Shown here piece by piece: positions 58,808-64,000 of a stretch of 64,000 bases of DNA. Each line of letters starts with the position of its first letter. Position 1 is the first letter of the stretch. The notes beneath the pieces are model-generated. The model ran no database searches. It saw nothing but the letters and a program-made list of their open reading frames with translations, and had not been told where the DNA came from. The translations under genes were made by a program, and so were the position numbers. Source of the stretch: an uncultured Bacteroidia bacterium (GTDB taxonomy: Bacteria; Bacteroidota; Bacteroidia; NS11-12g; UBA9320); NCBI GenBank assembly GCA_963924815.1, contig CAWURO010000029.1:5616-69615 (forward strand). The letters are read 5' to 3'.

Positions 58808-60961
58808 TTATCGCATAAGATACAATCCTCCGCTTACAGATTGAGGATATTCATAGCCATTCTCGGGGTTAAGATATCGAATGAAGAAATAATAATGCCC
58901 TACTGGAGATAACTCATTCTCGTAATAGCCGTCCCACGCAAAGAGTCCTTCCTTACCTTCATATAACTTCTCACCCCAAATATTGTATACTTCCAAACCA
59001 ATTATTTCTACATTGCCAGATGCTCTAAATAGATCATTAAGCCCATCACCATTTGGGCTAAACGCATCGGGTACAAATATTTGACACGCATAATCCAAGA
59101 AGGTTAGGTTAATGTCATCAGTGGCCGTTCCACATTTATTAGTTACTACCACTGAATAAGAGCCTGACTTGGTTATTTGCCTAACCCCACCTCCTGCATA
59201 ACCATCACTCCAAGTATAGGTAGCTTCTGGAGCAGTTACATTAATATTTTTCATTCCATCACCGCAAAGCAGACTATCGCCACCCAATTTTACGACGGGT
59301 GCACCGATCATTTGCACGGTGAAACTATCTTTAAACGAGCAGACGCCTCTACTTACTTGAGCCCAATAAATGCCCACCTTGTTAATAGACAAGAAAGAAT
59401 CTGTAGCATTTGTATTCCAAAGAACATTAGCTCCATTAGGAGAGATTCTTTTGGTAAATGATGTACCAGAACAAATAACCGTATCGGCTCCCATCTCAAA
59501 AACCGGTATTTCATTCACCATAGTAGTAACCAACGCCGTGTCTCTGCAACCACTTTCATTTACAGCATAACGAATGGTATTTAACCCTAGTTTAGATGGG
59601 GTAAAATTACCCGTAATTGCATTTATATCACCCAGCCACTGGCCACCCAAAGTCGTGGTGGTTAGATTATACTCCGTCGCACCTTGGCAATAACTAGCGG
59701 CAAGCCCACTAATACTATTTATAGGTTGAGGAATAACTTTTATGGTATCTGAATAATTACCCGTGCAGCCAATATCATCTGTAATATTAAGTGACATTTT
59801 ATAATCCCCTACAGAACTGTATGAATGTATGTTTTTAGCCGAATTACTTGTCCCACCATCCCCAAAATTCCAACTGTAATTAAACAATGGATTACTCGAA
59901 TTATAGTTAAAGTCAAAAACATTTCCGTCTACACACATTACGCTATCATATTGAAGCAATGAACTATCTAATGGACTGGGTAACACCGTCATGAGAAGAT
60001 TAAACGAATCCGAGCAAAATTCAATATTGTTTTTTGAGCCAATGGCCACTAACTTAACATTATAGGTGCCTGGAATCGAAAATGAATGACTTGAGTTCCA
60101 TGAGTTATCTGTGATACCATCCCCAAAGCGCCACATGATATATGTATAATCCCAAGTAGCTCCGACTAGAGAACCAAATGAAGATTTATTTTTAAACCAA
60201 AATTGATTACTCCGTCCGTCGGGACGCGTGTAGCATTGTATTGCTGAGTTATAGAGTGAATCTATAAATAGCTCAAAATTGACTACTGGCATTGGCGCGA
60301 CGGTATCTAGCTTATAATACTCAGCTTGACACCTGAAGGAACTTACTTTAAGACCTACATTATAAATTTTATGTGTTGGGTACGAATAGGTAGGATTAGC
60401 TATCGTAGATTTTACCCCGTTACCAAAGTCCCAACTATAGGTTACTGCCGTTGACGCATCTGTTTGGGCAACATTACTGGTAAAGCTAAAGCTGTTACCT
60501 CTTTGACATTGATAAGGATCGTCAATGCTAAAACTTACCGCCAAATTTTTTGTGGTCAAATTTATTTCCGGATAAGAAGACGTGCGAAAGTTAAATATAC
60601 TGCCTCCTCCGTTAAATTCAAAAACAGCGAAATAGTAAGTCGTATTCGTTTCCAGATTGTCTATCACAACGGAAGCACCCGTACCATTATAAACTACAAA
60701 CTCATTGGCAGAGAGTGCATGACCAAGTCCAAAACTATCGTTTGCTAAATAATAACTATTGTTTGATGGAGTAATCGCAACCGCAGACCCTTTAGATGCG
60801 ACCACTAATCTCCCGTTTCCGTTTCCATTAGTCCACGACAATGTTGTTTGAGAACAATACGTGGACACAACCGTCAAATTACTCGCGGCTATACTGGGAG
60901 TTTGAGCTTGTAAAGTACCTAAACTAGCAATAAATAAATAAATAAATAAAAGATTTCTCAT
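58808..60961 (-). CDS. PKD-repeat surface protein with type B T9SS (gliding-motility-associated) C-terminal domain
   Basis: Signal peptide. PKD-like repeats (YSWDFGNG, MWRFGDG, YSWNFGDGG). The C-terminal FVPDAFSPNGDGLNDLFRASG...WDGYYENELSPVGHYYFFIRY is the type B CTD pattern. Confidence 0.85.
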   Translation of the reverse strand: MRNLLFIYLFIASLGTLQAQTPSIAASNLTVVSTYCSQTTLSWTNGNGNGRLVVASKGSAVAITPSNNSYYLANDSFGLGHALSANEFVVYNGTGASVVIDNLETNTTYYFAVFEFNGGGSIFNFRTSSYPEINLTTKNLAVSFSIDDPYQCQRGNSFSFTSNVAQTDASTAVTYSWDFGNGVKSTIANPTYSYPTHKIYNVGLKVSSFRCQAEYYKLDTVAPMPVVNFELFIDSLYNSAIQCYTRPDGRSNQFWFKNKSSFGSLVGATWDYTYIMWRFGDGITDNSWNSSHSFSIPGTYNVKLVAIGSKNNIEFCSDSFNLLMTVLPSPLDSSLLQYDSVMCVDGNVFDFNYNSSNPLFNYSWNFGDGGTSNSAKNIHSYSSVGDYKMSLNITDDIGCTGNYSDTIKVIPQPINSISGLAASYCQGATEYNLTTTTLGGQWLGDINAITGNFTPSKLGLNTIRYAVNESGCRDTALVTTMVNEIPVFEMGADTVICSGTSFTKRISPNGANVLWNTNATDSFLSINKVGIYWAQVSRGVCSFKDSFTVQMIGAPVVKLGGDSLLCGDGMKNINVTAPEATYTWSDGYAGGGVRQITKSGSYSVVVTNKCGTATDDINLTFLDYACQIFVPDAFSPNGDGLNDLFRASGNVEIIGLEVYNIWGEKLYEGKEGLFAWDGYYENELSPVGHYYFFIRYLNPENGYEYPQSVSGGLYLMR

Positions 60962-61174
60962 TTAATTACATCAAATATAACATCTCTAAATGTTTCGCAC
61001 CAAAAAGTAGAAAAAATTTAGTTCTAAAAGTAATCTTATGGTATTGCTATGCCCATGATTTTATTAGATTTGCGGCAACCGTAAAGAACCCTAAAAAACA
61101 CCTTGTTTTCTTATGAATAAGAACATTTACCAGTTGCTTTTATATTGGTATTTTTAGTAGTTAGTTAGTTTAAA

Positions 61175-61205
61175 TAAGGGGGCATCAATGCTCCCTTATT
61201 TTTTT
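61175..61205 (+). terminator. Intrinsic terminator whose U-tract polarity favours the plus strand; its T-run overlaps the stop codon of the minus-strand methyltransferase gene
   Basis: The 9-bp stem taagggggc / gctccctta has one G-U pair and a 6-nt loop, followed by ttttttt on the plus strand. On the minus strand only attt follows the hairpin. Confidence 0.6.
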
Positions 61206-62061
61206 ATATTCTCGCCACGATGCCTAAAGGCAAAATTTGTTCGGTTCTTGAACGCAAGCATAACTCTGAGATATCTACATCTCTATTCGGGAAATAATCT
61301 GTCATCAAATTTTGGATAATGTACGGTGATAAACCCAAGGAGTATACGTTTAGTACTAAAAAGCCTTTATCGTCCAATAATTGGGCAACTTGCTCCAAAA
61401 GCAAACCAAGTTTTTCTTCTAATTTCCATCTTTCCCCTTTAGTACCAATTCCATACGCTGGAGGATCTAAAATTACACCTTGATATTTCTTGCCTCTCTT
61501 TACTTCCCTGCTTACAAATTTTAGCGCGTCTTCAACCACCCATCTGATGCCATTTTGCTTGCTTAGTTCTTGATTTTCGTTGGCCCAATTAACGACTTGT
61601 TTTATAGAGTCTACGTGCACAACATCTACCCCCGCAGCCTTTGCCGCAAGAGATGCCCCACCTGTATACGCAAACAAGTTTAATACGCTTGCTTTAGCCC
61701 CTAAAGCCTTACTTTGCGTGTATATGTAATCCCAGTTAGCCGCTTGCTCCGGAAAAATACCGATGTGTTTAAACTGGGTAAAGTTGAGTTTTAGCTTAAT
61801 AGAATCTTGCTCTAAGCCATACTTAATGAACCAAGGGATGCCATTGCCTTTTAGTTTCCACTCCCCTTTGTGACTGCCCTGCTGCGCAAAGCTGCCCGAC
61901 GCCATTTTATCCCATTCTGCTTGTGACAATCGCGGGCTCCAAATGGCCTGCGGTTCAGGTCTACTGAGTACATGCTGTCCAAACTGTTCCAATTTCATTC
62001 CGTTGCCAGAATCAATCAACTCATACTCTTTCCAATGTACTGGGAAAATCGCTTTTATCAT
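61204..62061 (-). CDS. Class I SAM-dependent methyltransferase (RlmI/RlmK-type, PF10672-like)
   Basis: SAM-binding NLFAYTGGASL and catalytic-loop DPPAYG. The start overlaps the exonuclease stop as ATGA. Confidence 0.75.
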   Translation of the reverse strand: MIKAIFPVHWKEYELIDSGNGMKLEQFGQHVLSRPEPQAIWSPRLSQAEWDKMASGSFAQQGSHKGEWKLKGNGIPWFIKYGLEQDSIKLKLNFTQFKHIGIFPEQAANWDYIYTQSKALGAKASVLNLFAYTGGASLAAKAAGVDVVHVDSIKQVVNWANENQELSKQNGIRWVVEDALKFVSREVKRGKKYQGVILDPPAYGIGTKGERWKLEEKLGLLLEQVAQLLDDKGFLVLNVYSLGLSPYIIQNLMTDYFPNRDVDISELCLRSRTEQILPLGIVARI

Positions 62062-62756
62062 ACTACACTTATTTCGGTTTCTGCCAAGGCTGGCTCGCTA
62101 TTCATTCTCAAAAAAATAGATGCCAAGGTCACTACATCTTTTTCACAGTATTTTTTTATTCTTTCTAAATCATTTTGCTGATAATATGCTTCATATATCA
62201 TACTGCCATCTAGATCGTCTTTGGGTGTAGGTAACTCAAATACTGCTGCTAACAAATCTAATGAAGTGTAGCTTTTAAAATCCCCAAATTTCCATAGTTG
62301 CATGGTATCCAGATGCTGAATATCCCATGGTTTTTTACCTGCCAAATCAAGTACTTCTGGCATTTCTATCGCATTGGCTAAAATACGGCGACACAAATAA
62401 GGGAAGTCAAATTCCTTCCCGTTATGCGCACACAAAAAATGTGTTTTACTGAAATAATTTTGGGACAGTAAATCACAAAAATCTTGTAAAACCCCTTGCT
62501 CATTATCTCCATAAAAGCTCTTTACTCTGAATTGACGTCCCTCTTTGGTATTTACTAAAAAACCGACACTAATGCAAATTACCTTACCAAACTCAGCATA
62601 GATACCTGCTCTTGGATAGAGTTCTTCTGGCGTCTCATCGTTCTTAGCTAAGCGACTCGCTTTTTGGTTCCATAATTTTTTCCACCTATCACTTAGCGCG
62701 TTATAGTCCTTGGCTTGCGGAACCGTTTCAATATCTATAAAGAGTACATTTTCCAT
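62058..62756 (-). CDS. DEDD-type 3'-5' exonuclease, PolB-exonuclease-domain-like
   Basis: ExoI motif LFIDIETV. The later motifs AHNGKEFDFPYL and YCEKDV are consistent with RNase-H-fold 3'-5' exonucleases related to the PolB exo domain. Confidence 0.7.
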   Translation of the reverse strand: MENVLFIDIETVPQAKDYNALSDRWKKLWNQKASRLAKNDETPEELYPRAGIYAEFGKVICISVGFLVNTKEGRQFRVKSFYGDNEQGVLQDFCDLLSQNYFSKTHFLCAHNGKEFDFPYLCRRILANAIEMPEVLDLAGKKPWDIQHLDTMQLWKFGDFKSYTSLDLLAAVFELPTPKDDLDGSMIYEAYYQQNDLERIKKYCEKDVVTLASIFLRMNSEPALAETEISVV

Positions 62757-62762
62757 TTTTTT

Positions 62763-63518
62763 TTACCAACTGCCGCCAGCTCCACCACCACCAAAACTTC
62801 CGCCGCCGAAACCGCCTCCAAAACCGCCTCCACCCATACCGCCACTTCCACCTCTGCCGCCACTCAGGCCAGCTAACAATAGAAAAGGTAATGCGTTGCT
62901 ACCGAGATTATTATTTTTATTGAATGTTTTACCGTTGTTACCTCCACTATTGAAGAGCATATAGACTAAGATAAAAATGACAATTATTAACCAAAAAGGC
63001 ATTCCTTTTTTGGAACCTTTAGGATTGTCATTTACGAACTCACCATTCATATACTGAATAACTGCATCTGTTCCTTCATTAAAACCTTTACCGTAGTTTT
63101 TTTCTCTAAAATTGGGTTTTAGTATGTTTTCGATTATTCGTTTTGCATACATATCGGGAAGGGCACCTTCTGCTCCTCGACCCACTTGTATAAATATTTT
63201 TCGGTCATTAATTGCCGCAAATATGAGTATCCCATTATCCTTGCCTGCTTGACCTATCTTCCACTTTTCAACCAAACGATAGCTGTAATCAAAAGCATCG
63301 TCACCTTCTAATGAACTTTCCGTAACAATAACTATTTCGGTGGATGTAGAATCATAATAGGCTTTAAGTTTTTGCAATAAGAAGAGCTCTTGATCAGACT
63401 CCAATACATTCGCAAAATCGTTGACCCAACGCACATTTGTTGGCGCATTAGGTGGCTCCTTAGCTCCCGCAAATACAAAACTGATGAGTAGAATAATTAA
63501 TCCTGCTTTTCTACCCAT
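62763..63518 (-). CDS. TPM-domain protein (YgcG-like) with TM helix and Gly-rich tail
   Basis: Signal peptide. TPM-like segment (VNDFANVLE...EIVIVT...GILIFAAINDRKIFIQVG). TM helix (FWLIIVIFILVYMLF). C-terminal GGGGFGGGFGGGSFGGGGAGGSW tail. Confidence 0.75.
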   Translation of the reverse strand: MGRKAGLIILLISFVFAGAKEPPNAPTNVRWVNDFANVLESDQELFLLQKLKAYYDSTSTEIVIVTESSLEGDDAFDYSYRLVEKWKIGQAGKDNGILIFAAINDRKIFIQVGRGAEGALPDMYAKRIIENILKPNFREKNYGKGFNEGTDAVIQYMNGEFVNDNPKGSKKGMPFWLIIVIFILVYMLFNSGGNNGKTFNKNNNLGSNALPFLLLAGLSGGRGGSGGMGGGGFGGGFGGGSFGGGGAGGSW

Positions 63519-63951
63519 AGCTTATTTCATTTGGCAATTCATTTTCATCATCACTTTGGTAAGGGAAAAATTGTTTTAGCTGTATCCCTACTTCGGCTAT
63601 CCCGGCTTCAAGACCGGCTACCAATTCTCCTTTAGAAAGATGCAATTTAATAATTTCTTTTGTGCTTTCCCAAAAATCTTCAGGGACCACTTTATTTATT
63701 CCTTCATCTCCAACTATAGCAAATTTTTTTTCTTTCACCGCTACATAAATTAAGACCCCATTTCGTTCTTTGGTTTTATCCATTCCCAAGTGAGCAAACA
63801 AATTTTTGGCTTTATACAGCGGGTCTGTCTTACACCACTTATCCATGTGCAACCTCACCTCACCAGATGTTTCTAGTTCAGCATCAGCAATAGCTTGCAG
63901 TACTTTTTGCTCTTCGTACGAAGTGAGTGGTTCCCACTTAAATAAACCCAT
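63511..63951 (-). CDS. TPM-domain protein (cytoplasmic/periplasmic phosphatase-like)
   Basis: AIADAELETSGEVRLHMD and GVLIYVAVKEKKFAIVGDEGI fit the TPM pattern. ATG 63951 is preferred over the listed TTG 63960. Confidence 0.7.
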   Translation of the reverse strand: MGLFKWEPLTSYEEQKVLQAIADAELETSGEVRLHMDKWCKTDPLYKAKNLFAHLGMDKTKERNGVLIYVAVKEKKFAIVGDEGINKVVPEDFWESTKEIIKLHLSKGELVAGLEAGIAEVGIQLKQFFPYQSDDENELPNEISYG

Positions 63952-63960
63952 CAAATTCAA

Positions 63961-64000
63961 TTAAAACTCAACTTTAGGTGCATTTTTAGAACCTGCATCT
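63961..64000 (-). CDS. 3' end of a LemA-family protein gene (remainder outside window)
   Basis: The minus-strand frame reads ...DAGSKNAPKVEF then stop. A PKV-x-F C-terminus and the LemA-TPM-TPM gene order are typical of this family. Only 13 codons are visible. Confidence 0.45.
   Translation of the reverse strand, partial: DAGSKNAPKVEF

Noticed and set aside
61146-61174. The run tagtagttagttagtttaa gives stop codons in all three frames, which is reminiscent of an engineered stop cassette.
   Set aside because: Such TAG/TAA-rich strings arise naturally in AT-rich intergenic DNA. No vector-like or synthetic flanking sequence is present.
62710-62964. Striking poly-proline ORF on the plus strand (PPAPPPPKLPPPKPPPKPPPPIPPLPPLPPL).
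   Set aside because: It is the antisense reading of the Gly-rich tail (GGC/GGA repeats) of the minus-strand TPM/YgcG-like gene. It has no independent start context, so it is a mirror artefact.

Overview
AT-rich, gene-dense chromosomal segment that reads like a Flavobacteriia-type Bacteroidota genome. Supporting signs are type A and type B T9SS C-terminal sorting domains, a GSCFA protein, an OmpH-OmpH-MurI block, lower mevalonate-pathway genes, TTTG/TAnnTTTG promoter motifs and little Shine-Dalgarno signal. I can support about 60 protein-coding genes, mostly housekeeping: rocD (partial), miaB, gltA, ruvC, greA, murI, frr, hflX, pabB, uvrC, aat, menF, ssb and bcp. By eye I found no rRNA, tRNA, CRISPR array, IS element, integrase or recognisable defence system. 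The most interesting locus is a tightly packed three-gene outer-membrane module at 24108-32948. It encodes a giant TonB-dependent-receptor-like barrel, a 1299-aa secreted protein with a T9SS-CTD-like tail, and a PorV/PorQ-like barrel. It matches neither a SusC/SusD pair nor, as far as I can tell, canonical porU-porV. Other points worth a second look:
- a 48/49-identical promoter cassette duplicated around a regulator plus T9SS-cargo gene pair
- a murI gene with no canonical start codon
- a small membrane-protein ORF interrupted by one in-frame TAG
- a plus-strand-polarised terminator with no annotated plus-strand gene
- a small AT-rich islet around an orphan ssb
All functional calls come from motif recognition by eye. 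No database search was run.
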